Shown here one piece after another: positions 1 through 12,246 of a stretch of DNA of 64,000 nucleotides. Below the pieces are notes generated by a model that made no database searches, had not been told where the DNA came from, and saw nothing but the letters and a program-made list of their open reading frames with translations. The translations under genes and the position numbers were made by a program. The stretch is from positions 416,067 to 480,066 of the forward strand of contig RHPI01001116.1 of the NCBI GenBank assembly GCA_009103225.1. Direction: 5' to 3'. Within the stretch, counting starts at the first letter, position 1. Every line of letters begins with the position of its first letter. The DNA is from Chlorokybus atmophyticus. Taxonomy: Eukaryota; Plantae; Mesostigma and Chlorokybus algae.

Positions 1-60
1 TGTGCTAGTTGCTGGATGATGTTGTTGATGCAACTCACCCTGTTGATTCTGGTGCCACAG

Positions 61-414
61 CTGGTGGACTGTTATTCATGGAAAACGTACGGCAAGAAGC
101 AGACTTCAAACAAAGACTGCGTTGGAGATGAGCCGGTGTATCCTAAAAAATACTTCAAGTGCACCGCCATTGGGTGCAAAGCCAAGAAGCAGGTCCGTTG
201 AAACACCCGTTCGCACATGTTGCTATGTGTAATGCGCATAAAATCCGTCAAGTCCGCAAGGCAACCACCTCAAGTACATCTTGGCGTTACTCTGTGCTTG
301 CAGGAGCAGCAGAAGTCGGCGAATCCGCCGCAATGGGAGACAAGCTACATTGGTGTACATTTACATAAAAGTCCCAGAGACATAGAACCTCCCCGTTCCC
401 GTCGCCATACATAG
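61..414 (+). CDS. WRKY: WRKY-domain protein, 3' part (variant WKTYGKK; C-X4-C-X23-H-X-H finger); 5' end lies before the window
   Basis: Exons 61-192 and 304-414 (cag|ctg, ag|gtccg, tgcag|gag) join to DCYSWKTYGKKQTSNKDCVGDEPVYPKKYFKCTAIGCKAKKQ|EQQKSANPPQWETSYIGVHLHKSP...*; this matches the WRKY pattern DGYxWRKYGQK...YYKC-x4-C-x23-HxH. Confidence 0.85.
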
Positions 415-499
415 GTAAACACTCTGTAAGACTCTGTAAGAGTGAATGAGCTCTTTCTTTACAGAGACAAGAACTGCCGCAGTGGCTCTGCCGCCTCAC

Positions 500-3100
500 A
501 AGGTTGTAGTTGTAGACAGCTGTACAGTAGCTTTGTATTCAAGGTGGACAGGACTGCATGTGTCTATCTGTTGATAGGTTTACCTACGCAGCTGAAGGTT
601 GCTAATTGTGAGATCCACATTACTATTCTGTTGAGTCTGCTTCTGACTGTCATGGTCACCGGATGCAAGCCTTGAAGCTGCGGTACTGTGCAAGTGCGTC
701 TGTCCCTGCGATAGCCACGTGCTGACATGCGCTGGTGAACTGTGCCAGTGACCAGGCACACCAAGAATTTCAGAGCTAAGACGCTCTCTTGCTGCAAACC
801 ACTACCATATGCCATGTACCCCGGTACACTTGTGCATGCAGTAGGGGATGTCACTGTATGTACACTTGTACGATATGTGTGGTGCAGGTTGCTGCACAGC
901 ATCAGCTAGATGCAGTTGCGGTACAATACGGTTATTTCTGCGGAAAAAAGTCGTGCGCCCCGTGACCCCCGTCAAAAGTGTAGGTATGTGTACTGTCAAC
1001 ACGGATGCATCGTGCGATTGCGATGTGTGCATAGATGCATTCCACGCAGGTCAAGGCACATGTAGATGCATTGCTCATGATGTGAGCTATACTGTCATTG
1101 TGGAGAACTCCTCCTCATGAGGCTCCTCATGAGGCTCAAGACAGGAAGCTCTATACACGTGTTGGTGAGCTATGCATGCAGTTGACTGAAGTTCATTGCC
1201 TGCAGGTGGACATGGACGAAGGTGAAGTTGAATCTGTTTAGAACAGCTTTGAACGCCCCGCCCTTCAACAATTCCCTCAGCAACGACCGCACCTTGCATG
1301 CATGATACATGCGCATTCGCTCACAAACATGCACGCACGCGCACGCAAGACCCACAGGCACCTTCCATGCATGAGACACGCACATCCATTCGCACACACG
1401 TGCTCGCGCACACACGTATTGCGCACGAGCCTTGTGCGCAATGCTAGGATCGCGCTCATACACACAGATTTAATTACTACTCAGGCCAACCTGGAGCCAC
1501 AAGTTAGCTTGTGATTGCTGCATGTTCAACATCACGATGCTACAAGGCTTGTTGCTGCCGATGGCGTTCAAATGAATCTGCAACGACCCGGTGTACATGC
1601 AACAAGGCAGCAGTGTTTGCAAGACCTGCGCTATCGCATAACAATGGCAAAGCCAACGGTCCGTAACACCAGGCCTTTATGAAACTGCAGTCAATGCGCT
1701 GAGGTTGACGCTGCTGAACTCTAAGCTGACAATTCTCCATCTGTGTTGCAGTCCATAAAGCAGCCTGCCTGCTACAGACAATTACCAACGGACAATCATT
1801 GCATGATGCCATGTTAGCATTTGGCAACTACAGATGCACTTGTCATCTTGAAAAGCCTCGTATGGTGCCAAATGACCGGGTCATTTGGCACCAACCATCT
1901 GCTGCCTGAGCGCAGACTGCTTATCAGGTACACTTGCACCATCATGACTGCAAACAGTGACACACCGTAACACAATGGCTATCAATAAGCACCCCACGGT
2001 CGTGAGGCATTGCATGTGACTACGAGTCCAAACAACCTAGGTGGCTTGCCTGACCATGCAGACAAATGCGCTGTGGCACCGGAGGACTGGACGCCAGCAT
2101 AATGTCTGCACTGCTCTATGGCACAGGCAGCCTGCTGGAGCCTCCTCCTGCTTGAACCGGCTCCAGCCGGAGCAGAGACGCCCTTGGACCACTGGTGCTG
2201 CACAAAGGCTCACCACCGCTTGCAATTTCAGTGAGTAGTACTTCTGCTGACATTCACAAGCTCAACACTGCAGAGTCTCAGACGACAGGTTGTCTGACCA
2301 CTGCCTCAAGTCTGCCTTGTGTATGGCATAGTGCGAGTTGCTTGCCACGAACGCTGCCCATGCTAGCTGCCTTTGCTTGCTTTCTCCGCAGGGCGTGTAG
2401 ACAGTCACAACTTGCATAGAGTCTGCCGCAGTGGAGGCAGATTCCAGCTGGCAGGTAGCACTTACGCCAGCTGGCAGCCGAGGACCCAAACAATAACCGG
2501 AGTCTCAGGTCTTCGCTGCCCTCACCTCGGTGGCTGGCATGGTGAACTTCTTGTGTCTATGGCAGACGTCCACCTAGAGTGTCTCCCCCACAAAGCAGCC
2601 TCAAACACAGGCGCGACCGTAAGTGGTTCAGCGCATCAATGTCAACTCGTCAGGATCCTTCCAGCTGCTGTTACACGTGCAGCTTCCTAACTTGGGGAGT
2701 CTGAGACGGTGGCGCATCCATGCGCATCGGTCAGTGCAACTTACGCTTCAACATTGCTTCAACTTGACAACTCGGTGGCTTCTGCGACAGACGCGACCCC
2801 ATGTGTCAATACCCACACTGCTGCCGATGGCATCGTATCGAATGGACACACGAGTCTGTGCTTGCCATTGCATACGGCAAACAGCAAATGTGACTGCGTT
2901 ACACAACGACTGCTAAGGGAGTGCGCCATGCATGCTGCGCGCCAATGCGCCTCTCTGCCGGCAGCGTAGTGAATGGCAGCACAAGCGGCGGCGAGGGTGT
3001 GGGCAAGGGAGATGGCGGAGGAAGGGGGAGTCCACGTCTGCATGTTGCTGTGGTCGATGTGGATGCAGCAAGGCCGCTGACTAAGACACATGCGCAGGTG
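500..3100 (-). other. Exon-like segments of an unidentified, probably decayed multi-exon gene
   Basis: Several splice-bounded, protein-like minus-strand segments (about 1200-1290 VRSLLRELLKGGAFKAVLNRFNF; about 2055-2200; about 660-790). No consistent full reading frame and no recognisable family. Confidence 0.2.
1863..1893. repeat. Perfect palindrome, 15-bp arms, 1-nt spacer
   Basis: tggtgccaaatgacc-g-ggtcatttggcacca. Confidence 0.95.
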
Positions 3101-4444
3101 ACTGCAATTGCCATGCAAGCATGCATGTCTATAAGGGGGGCAGTAGTGGTGGACTCAAGAGGTAGTTAGCAGGTAGCATGTAGGCGCCTTGCCCCGGTGG
3201 TCGATGTGGTAAGTGTTGATGGTGTTGGTTGAATTGCATATGCACGTAGGTTTGCATGTTATGCATTCCCTCTTGCATTTTGTGTACATACACAGCTGCA
3301 AGTATGCAATCTTTAATATCTTATGCAACCCAACGTGCATACGCCCTCTCACTGATCACATGCCCGCTTGCGAATTGCTGCCTTGAACATATGCATACGC
3401 TCTTATTCCAGCACTTACATGCCTTACATTAGTCACCACTGGCATTGTGCTGAAACACCGTGCGTGACTCACACACACGGATGTGCGCATGGTTGCATGT
3501 CAACACTCTCGCCATGCGTAAGTCAAGCTGCGTGCGAAGCTGTCATTTCATTGCTCACCTGGCAATATGTACTACATATTGCAGTAATAGTACTACTGCA
3601 CCTTTTTGCGTGCACTGTAGCAACTGTTTAGAATGCAGGTGTGACTGATTGATAGAACTCAAGACCCCATGCGGATATGTCATGCACGTGCGCACATGCA
3701 TAACCATCCGCATTGCATGTGCTCTGGCTTGATGGTGACGAACACAACCACCAGCACACAACTTCTATTGCACAACACCATCTCTCACACTCTCTTCCTG
3801 GTGCTGCCATTGCTTAAGCAGATCAATAACAACAACAGCAAACTGGTCTGGTAGGTTCATCAGGACAAGCAGCAACCAACAGGCTGTTCTGTCCATATGC
3901 AACGTCGGTTAGCAGTCTATCGGGGTGCAAAGGCATGAACATCAGCAATAATCAACAAGCACTCAAGTATAGCTGCGAGTGTATGTTCGTCAACAACTAG
4001 GCCTACAGACCAGTTCCTAGCCTGCACAGTTGTTTACTTGCGAGTTGTAGCACATTGACGTGCTTCAATGGTCTGTCAATCTCAGCACTAAGCCACATGC
4101 AACTGACACAAACGCGCTTGTTGCTCCAATATACATGTACAGCTTGGTACAGTGCCATGCGCAACAACTTCATGTATTGCAGAGTTCACTCATGAGGGTG
4201 CAGGCTGCTGTTGCTTGTGGCTATTGATGCAAGCTGTGCGCGTGTCTGCCAGTGATTGGCATGCGTATGTGTGTGACAAATGCACTCACACGGCCACGGC
4301 AACGCTCGTGCCGGGGTCATCAAGCGAAGTGTTCTTCCTGCGTTGCACTTACACGCTGTACGTGGTGTCCAAAGCAATGTTGTGCCTGACAAACCGCCCG
4401 CTGTGCGTGCAAGCGCGTGCGACACGTTGGCTGGCGGTGGTTGC

Positions 4445-5075
4445 GGGTGTCTGCGCTATCCTCCAGCCTGTAACAACAGTGAACAAAGCCATGACCCAGA
4501 GTTAAGCACGCATCAAATGCATAAGCTAAGTCTTTCATCTGCTGTTGTTGGAAAGGGGACAATCACGTAGCCACATTCCACTGGCAGGCTAGACTGCTGG
4601 GGACTCACCTTGAGGGTTATGACGTCACTGTCGTGTGCGCAGCGCAGCATGTGACCAGATCAAGACCAACATAGGTTCATGCCCAGCAACATCACGCGGT
4701 TACACCAAATGACCAAAACCTCCGTCTGCTTTTAGCAACACCAAAGCGACATGGCTTGCGTCCATTGCCTGCATGCAATGCAATGCAAGCGTAGCAAGTG
4801 GGCCACCTGGCAAGCTTTCAACCAAGCGGGTCCACAGCATGAAGGATAAAGCAGACTGACCTAAATGACGCAACAAGGCCACCACCACAACAATACACGT
4901 GCTGCACAAGCTTGGGGTGCAACCTAACGCTTTGGCAGATATGAACACGGTATTGCGCTTGCGCACGCATGTCACACCATGCAAACACGCCATGCAACAA
5001 ACAACTAGCAAGCAGAACAACAAGCCCTGCCCTTACCAACGGACAGGAGCAGTCCATGTTGCCCTGCGTCACGAG
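4445..5075 (-). pseudogene. PCNA: Degenerate, intron-containing PCNA (proliferating cell nuclear antigen) fragment
   Basis: Three colinear exon remnants: VTQGNMDCS (about 5072-5037); QAMDASHVALVLLKADG...CNRVMLLGMNL...MLRCAHDSDVITLK (4768-4609, tgcag|gca, aag|gtgagt); A-EDSADT (from 4467). They match PCNA LVxxxNFDCS / QAMDSSHVALV...CDRxxxxGMNL...MLKCAxxDDIITLK / AEDNADT, but carry frameshifts and stops. Confidence 0.75.
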
Positions 5076-5775
5076 TCACCAGCAGCGAAGAAGGAGAACT
5101 CCAACTGGGTCTAGCAGGTCAGTTGGTGTCTACTGCTTCAACCAAAACCCGATCCTCCTAAACAGCCGCGGCGGCTTCTATACACCATACAAAGGACAAA
5201 GTGAAACAACTTTTTGTGGCCTCGCCACCTGCTCCTGCTCCTCCTCCTCCTGCGCCGCCGCCGCCGCCGCGTCCTCCGCTCTGTGCGAAGCCGTAGCTGT
5301 GTTAGGAAGTCTGCTACACAATATGCTTGTAGCCCGTTGCGAGGGAGAGAGAGCTTCGCTGCAGGCTGCAGCAAAGGTGCAGAGCTATACTGGCACAGCA
5401 TTGCGGCAGTAGGATGGCGGCGAGGGGGAGGAGGAGGGGGAGGAGGGAGACCGGCGTGGAGTGGAGGATAGACTTGTTGGTCAAGGGCAGGGGGAGAAGG
5501 GAGGACAACCAGGAGGAGGGGAGGAACCACTGGAACCATTGGAAGCATACACAAGCGCAGTTGTGAAGTGCTGCTGGCGTTGGGTGTGCGGGAGATTGGG
5601 GAAGGTGAGCGGCGGGGAGCATCTGACCCCAGTGCAAGTTCTGTGTGCGTGACTTAGCGTGAGGGTTTGTACCCAGAAAGCGTAGCGCACTGTGCGTGCG
5701 AGACCCTGCTTGCCTCCCAATGAAACAGTGCAACCGTGACGAGTTCCGCTCTGCAATGGCGCAGGCAGGGGCACG

Positions 5776-5784
5776 TTAGGGTTT
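5776..5784 (-). promoter_or_regulatory. Telo-box (AAACCCTAA)
   Basis: ttagggttt on the + strand; a perfect plant telo-box, about 700 bp upstream of the PCNA remnant. Confidence 0.5.
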
Positions 5785-6245
5785 GACCATCTGCACGACT
5801 TGATTGCCGCGTAATGCTTTCACTCATACCTATGCGATTGCGGGAGCTCGTATCTAGTCGAAGTGCGAATGCTTGCAGCCGCGATGCACTGCACATGCTC
5901 TAGCATCGCACGTGCTCTAGCATCGCATCTGCAAGCACTCATGTGCATTCCCAATGGGCATGTGTGTCAACAACAGAAACGCTTTAAGCAAGCGCAAGAG
6001 TCACACTTGACCGGCTTGCCATTGTTACTGACATTGCAGTCCGCGTGTCACATGCAAGTGCACCTGTTTGACACCAAAGCCATCATAGTAATCAACCACC
6101 TGTTTGCCACGTTTTGTTGTTTCAATACGTGCATTGGTCCACTCTGTTTGCAATCACAGGGTCTGTCTACGCCTTTGTTGATACTTCTCATGTCACTGCT
6201 CTTGTCCGCACTTGCTACACATAAGGCTTACAGCATCGCGCAGCA

Positions 6246-6248
<3 letters not shown>

Positions 6249-6301
<53 letters not shown>

Positions 6302-6343
6302 TCTCTCTCGCTCTCGCTCTCCCTCGCTCTCTCTCTCTCTCTC
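6249..6343. repeat. (CT)n microsatellite, interrupted
   Basis: Directly visible. Confidence 0.95.
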
Positions 6344-6367
6344 AGCTTTGCCCGTCCTTCCTCCCCT

Positions 6368-7766
6368 CTCTGCCTCAGATCGCGCAGGCGGATCAATCAA
6401 GGGTTTGAGGGGCAGGGGTGGTTGCGGACACGCTCTCCCGTCGCGAGAAGGAAAAAGAGCTGGCATGCTGCAGAACGGGAGTGCGCTGCCAGCCTCGCCG
6501 GGGTCCGGAAGGACTTCAACCACGCCTCCTGCTGCAAGGAGCCCCACAGTCGACACAGCCGGGTGCTCTCCACCCCAAAAACCACACTCTTCAAGCACCA
6601 GCAGTGCCGCTGCTGCCTGGACCTTGTGAGGACGGCGTGCATGGAAGTGCCCAAAGAAGTAGTGGTTGCGTCTGCAGCACAGCAATCACCACAGAACAGA
6701 ACTCCAAGAGCAGCAGCAGAGCAGATTTGCCCATCGCTGACTGTTTCAACAAGCTTGTACACCAAACTGAGTTTGTTGCTTTCGCAGTTGTCTTCGACGT
6801 CTACTACAGGTTGTACTCCAGCACCGACCAGGAGCCGCTGATGTCGGTACGGTGCGTAACAGAGAGGCTTTGGAACTGACTCGCATGCTTGCAGACAAAA
6901 TGGATGGCGGCTTTTGCAATATTGGAACAAGCCTCTCAGCAGTTGACGAGTAAGTTGGCTCTTGCAGGTGCCATTTCGTCGCACACTGGTAGATTGACTT
7001 GTGGCAACCTGCACCGCGAATGCACGCATACAAGCAGACTGCTGAAGGTTCAGTCATGCGTCCATGCATGCAACATGTTTATACCTACCTGTCTACAGCG
7101 TCTCACATCTCGACGCGCCCACAAACCTACACGAGAAGGTGCGCACTGACATGCACACGCTTGAACGCGTTCGTTGTCATGCTGGGCGGTTTGTTACTCA
7201 ATAGCCAACAGCAGCTGTTCTTACTGTTCAGAATATATGGATCATTTGAAAGGTGGGCGAAAGTCTCCAACTTGGAAAGATGGATACCCTGATCTGACCA
7301 TGTGAGTATGGTTAATGTTCATGTGCACATTGTTGCCATTAGCATTATTTGTTTTATTCTTGTCCTTCTTCAATGCTGGTTACGCTGTTCAAAAGGTTTG
7401 CACCAGGGTTTTCACTCGGCGTCATGAGTATCTCTGGAACCCGGCCAGCGGTTTGCCATTCCCTGCCAGTCACTGGAGCAATCCGCTGGAAGCAAAAGTG
7501 CGTCCCCAACAAGGTGCGTGTGTCTCAGTTCATAGCCTCACACTATTACATATTCACTGCTAGCATTTCCAATCAAAGGGTACGTGCCAAAGAAGCCCTG
7601 GCCTCGAGTGCATCATTTAGCCAACTGGTTGTGGGATTGGCTTGGCCATCATGACACGTATGAAGTGAGAGTGGTTTGGTGCAACAATGATGCGCTGGGG
7701 CACAACCCGACACGACAAGAGCTGGAGGAGAATTACTGGGACATTCTGGGTATTGATCCCCCGTAA
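6368..7766 (+). CDS. Hypothetical multi-exon gene or pseudogene, unknown product
   Basis: Splice-bounded segments: ...LVHQTEFVAFAVVFDVYYRLYSSTDQEPLMS|gtacgg; TKWMAAFAILEQASQQLT|gtaagt; 7232-7300; 7396-7498; terminal GYVPKKPWPRVHHLANWLWDWLGHHDTYEVRVVW...IDPP*. The phases could not be fully reconciled. Confidence 0.3.
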
Positions 7767-8460
7767 GCAGCTTAGAGTATTACATGTTGTAAAATGTGGT
7801 GGGCCAGACTGGCCGAAGAAACGTGTGCCCCCAGTGGCGCAGGGGCTTATCTCCAGGTACAACTGTTTCTGCTTGCAAGCTTTATGGGACACACCGGCCG
7901 TTGTGGCCTGGCACGACCGTTACGGCTTAAGCGACGACAGTCACGGTAGTATTGGGCACCAATCGAAGCTCTGTTGCTCGTGGGTTCCCTTCAAGAAATG
8001 TCGTGCCTTGGCATGCTGCGGTTTGTGCAGTGCCGCAACGCACCAAAACCAGTAGCGTTTTAGAAAACCAAGAAGTAAACTCTGTGATATCGTAGCATCA
8101 ACAGTCAATGCCGACACATTGAATGTGTATGTACAATGCGGTGGAACTGATGCACGCTGGTACTCACGCAGGCTGCTTCAATGTTAACACACCCCTAAGC
8201 CGGGCCACAGTCAGTAGCTGCCAGCATTGCCGGGTTGAGCCAATATACTACCTACACTACGGTGTGGGTCACCTACACCAGAGACGATCTGCTTAAAACT
8301 ACAGGCATGAGCGCATCATGTCGTACTTGCGCTGACATGAGGGGATAGCGCAATGAAGGCAACTTGCTCGCAAGACTGAAATTCAGTAAGGTTGTGGCAA
8401 GCTGCGCGAGTCAACGAGGCTTCCTAGCCAGTATGCCGACATGCGACTCCCAACATTGCA

Positions 8461-8809
8461 GGTACTAACCCACTAGCAACTGCCTGTCTTGACGTCACTG
8501 TTTGCAGAGCAACAGCAATGGATACAATGCGTTGCTTTCCGCAGATTCTTTGTTACGGCCTAGTACTGACTGTCAGTGAGGCGAGCACCGGAGCAATGAC
8601 GCGTGGCGAGCTGTGTCATGCGATGCTGTGTCCGTCTGTGCCGCACAGTGGCAAGGTGCCGCGGTACACTGCTTCTGGCATTGCGTGGTGCCAGCAGGTA
8701 CCAGCAGTGTATGTGGTTGCAGCAGCACAATGACGCACACACCAGCAGCGACCCGCGTGCACTGAACTAGTAGTAGTCTTGAAGAGCACTGACCGACAGG
8801 GTTAGTACC
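8461..8809. mobile_element. Candidate MITE (about 350 bp, 11-bp perfect terminal inverted repeats)
   Basis: ggtactaaccc (8461-8471) and gggttagtacc (8799-8809); a near-identical end, ggtactcaccc, follows at 8811-8821. No target-site duplication identified. Confidence 0.35.
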
Positions 8810-11493
8810 GGGTACTCACCCTATTGTTATGTTAGCCCTGTTGCATTGGCAGGCGCTTTAGATGTTAACACGTCAAAGCGCTTGTACGAAGCGACTTGCA
8901 AGTAGGAAGTAGGCTAGGGGGGTCAACTCAGTACCACCGTTCCACCACGGCTACTTGGCACGGGATGTCACACCGCATGCTATGCGGGTTGGTCTTGTTC
9001 ATTGCATTGATGTGTCGCCGTCTACCGTCTGTTCACTCAAGCTGCACAACACGGTGTGATGCATGCACGAGCTGTTGTTGCATGCACTCAACAGCAATGG
9101 CAACATTCAGTGATATGCCCGTCAGAGTGCACAGCCGCTATAGATACATTCTATGTAGGTTGCATGCAACTCACAAAGTGACACAATGTGATTGTTTTTT
9201 AATGCTGACATTGATATGCCATGTCAACGCGTTGAATACATCAGTGGTATGCTCAGCGCATTGCCGTGCCCTATGGTAAGTTGAGGAGTGCTGCTATGAT
9301 GCCATTATACCAGTGGCGACTACAACGGCAACATCTGCGATGGCCCTGATAGGCTCTCCCCCCAGGCACGCGCGTGTCGCCACAGCACTGGTCCTGCTAG
9401 GTCACCTGGTGGTGTGTTGTGTTGTATTGTGGACGGGTGATCGAGCGATGGTGTCATGCTGTGGTGTTGGATATGAGATAGGCAGCGTGCAGCACTGTGC
9501 TACGACCCTTGTACATGTGTTTCTAAGCGAAGTGTCATTGTGTGCGTGGGTGCACGGTACACGATGCATAGTTGTGATGTCGCACAGTGTTTCATGCAAG
9601 TCAGAAAGCGGGTCGACGGTGCTCATGACCGTCTTAAGTCAACAACGACCAACCCATCACTGTGGCACGGCTTACTTGAAGTAGTTGCACTGGCCTATGC
9701 ATATACTCTGCCACTTGCCACGCAGTGCGGCACGTGGTTACGGCAGCTATAGCAACATGCGCACGCATCAACACGTGCAATGCGTGACGCAAGAGTCTCT
9801 CGCAAATGAGGAGCGTACAGCTAATCCCTGACCCGCGCCCACCCCTCATTGCCAAGCAACGTCCAGCAATCAGTCCTCAGCACATTCAACAAGTTGTAAC
9901 GCAAGGCAATCAACTCAGTCAAAGAGCAGTAATTTCTGTATTACAGCGCTGGTCGCAGCGCTGCAGCCAATAGATGACTGTTGCAGCACCATGGGGTGGG
10001 ACTCAGCAGCAGCAGCAACAGGAGTCCAAAGGGCTTCATCGCTCCAAGTGTGCAGGCATGCGTGCCACTCCAGGTGGACAGCCTGAAGCACCAACATATA
10101 GGGCATGCGAGAACGTCGGCGCATGCAGGCACAGTGCAGGTTTTGTCACCAGCAGCGCTCAGTTGCGGTTATCGCAATGCGGGTTATTCAATGCTGTGTT
10201 GGAGTGAGTCCAGCACGGCATGGCATAGTGGATAGTTGTATCGCATAAAGGGTGGAGGTGTCTCTCGGTTGGAGTTTTCCAGTTTTTCTGTTGTCTCTAC
10301 TAGCTTCTAACTTGGATTTGTCTGCGTTATGCATGTGCTGTGGGTAACTGGTGCAGGTACTTCCCGCGTAGTAGGCATGGACACGCAGACTGTGTTTACG
10401 TCACAGACACGGCTCATGGATATGTCATCTGTGTCCTTTTTGTAATTCCATACCGGGTGGAGCTACCGCAGCGGTGTAGCGCTGCAGCTTCAAGTCCAGA
10501 AAGATGGATGCACTCGCGTCACACCAAGGTGGTACAGGACCTTGCATTGACAACATGTTGCGTACCAGGTGTATCGTTGCTGTTGGAACCGACCAGGGAG
10601 TTTAGTCAATTTCGTTTAGTTGTCAAAAGAGATGCACAATGTACTACCTACGTAGGTAGGCATGTCAGCCAGCAGACGCTTGATCAATCAGTGAGGGAAG
10701 CTTTCCCCTTTCCGTTGAACAAACAGAGGTTACCGACTGGCTGCTGCTCTATGCCCAAGCTGCAGCGGCCGCAGACCCAACCTTTCAATGTCAGATCAGC
10801 CTTGCCAAGCAGGGCCTGCCCTAACCTCGGTTCTCGGTTTAGGTATACATACGTTGTGAAGTTTTGGTGTACTTCTACGTGCATCTCGCACGCACACGCT
10901 TAGAGCGCGAGTCTCAGTTGGATGAGGACAACGATGCTAGAGACACGGCCGAACACACATACACACGACCTGCACCTGCCAGGGGGTTCTCGGTTGGGAC
11001 CTGACGCTTCTTCCCCCGTGCATCAGCTCGCCATACCATAAGGATGTGCGGCTGTGCGCGGAGTGGGGAGAAGACAACCCCCCCCACCAACTAACTTATA
11101 CGGGGCTTGCTCTTGCCATGCCACGCCTGTCCAGACATATGTCATGCTAACCGTCCACGAGGGCTCATTCCCCGCGCAACCCGACACGTACCACCAGACA
11201 TTTCACGCTGCACTGAACACATTTGCAACGCACATGTGTATGCAAACCGTACATGCCTTGTTTTAACAAGTGTGCTGCGGTGTGGTTGCATATGAGCTTG
11301 GATTTGAGTATCACACTGTGACACTCAAATCCAATGCGCATGCGGTCGTGTGTGCTGTGACTTTGTGCCTATGCACACACATACACGCGCAGTTGCGCAC
11401 TAGCGTGTGTGCAGACATGATGCAACGCTGCACACTCGCACATTTCTCTAGCATACGCACGTACGCAAGCACGCACGCACCCACGCACGCATG

Positions 11494-12246
11494 NNNNNNN
11501 NNNNNNNNNNNNNNNNNNNNNNNNNNNNNNNNNNNNNNNNNNNNNNNNNNNNNNNNNNNNNNNNNNNNNNNNNNNNNNNNNNNNNNNNNNNNNNNNNNNN
11601 NNNNNNNNNNNNNNNNNNNNNNNNNNNNNNNNNNNNNNNNNNNNNNNNNNNNNNNNNNNNNNNNNNNNNNNNNNNNNNNNNNNNNNNNNNNNNNNNNNNN
11701 NNNNNNNNNNNNNNNNNNNNNNNNNNNNNNNNNNNNNNNNNNNNNNNNNNNNNNNNNNNNNNNNNNNNNNNNNNNNNNNNNNNNNNNNNNNNNNNNNNNN
11801 NNNNNNNNNNNNNNNNNNNNNNNNNNNNNNNNNNNNNNNNNNNNNNNNNNNNNNNNNNNNNNNNNNNNNNNNNNNNNNNNNNNNNNNNNNNNNNNNNNNN
11901 NNNNNNNNNNNNNNNNNNNNNNNNNNNNNNNNNNNNNNNNNNNNNNNNNNNNNNNNNNNNNNNNNNNNNNNNNNNNNNNNNNNNNNNNNNNNNNNNNNNN
12001 NNNNNNNNNNNNNNNNNNNNNNNNNNNNNNNNNNNNNNNNNNNNNNNNNNNNNNNNNNNNNNNNNNNNNNNNNNNNNNNNNNNNNNNNNNNNNNNNNNNN
12101 NNNNNNNNNNNNNNNNNNNNNNNNNNNNNNNNNNNNNNNNNNNNNNNNNNNNNNNNNNNNNNNNNNNNNNNNNNNNNNNNNNNNNNNNNNNNNNNNNNNN
12201 NNNNNNNNNNNNNNNNNNNNNNNNNNNNNNNNNNNNNNNNNNNNNN
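11494..12246. other. Assembly gap (N); other gaps at 21289-21310, 22198-22496, 29451-29514 and 57362-57809
   Basis: N runs, mostly flanked by simple repeats (CA/GCAC, GA, poly-G). Confidence 1.

Noticed and set aside
2037-2225. SGWSRF resembling a B3 DNA-binding domain
   Set aside because: Six-residue match only; the surrounding B3 pattern is absent.
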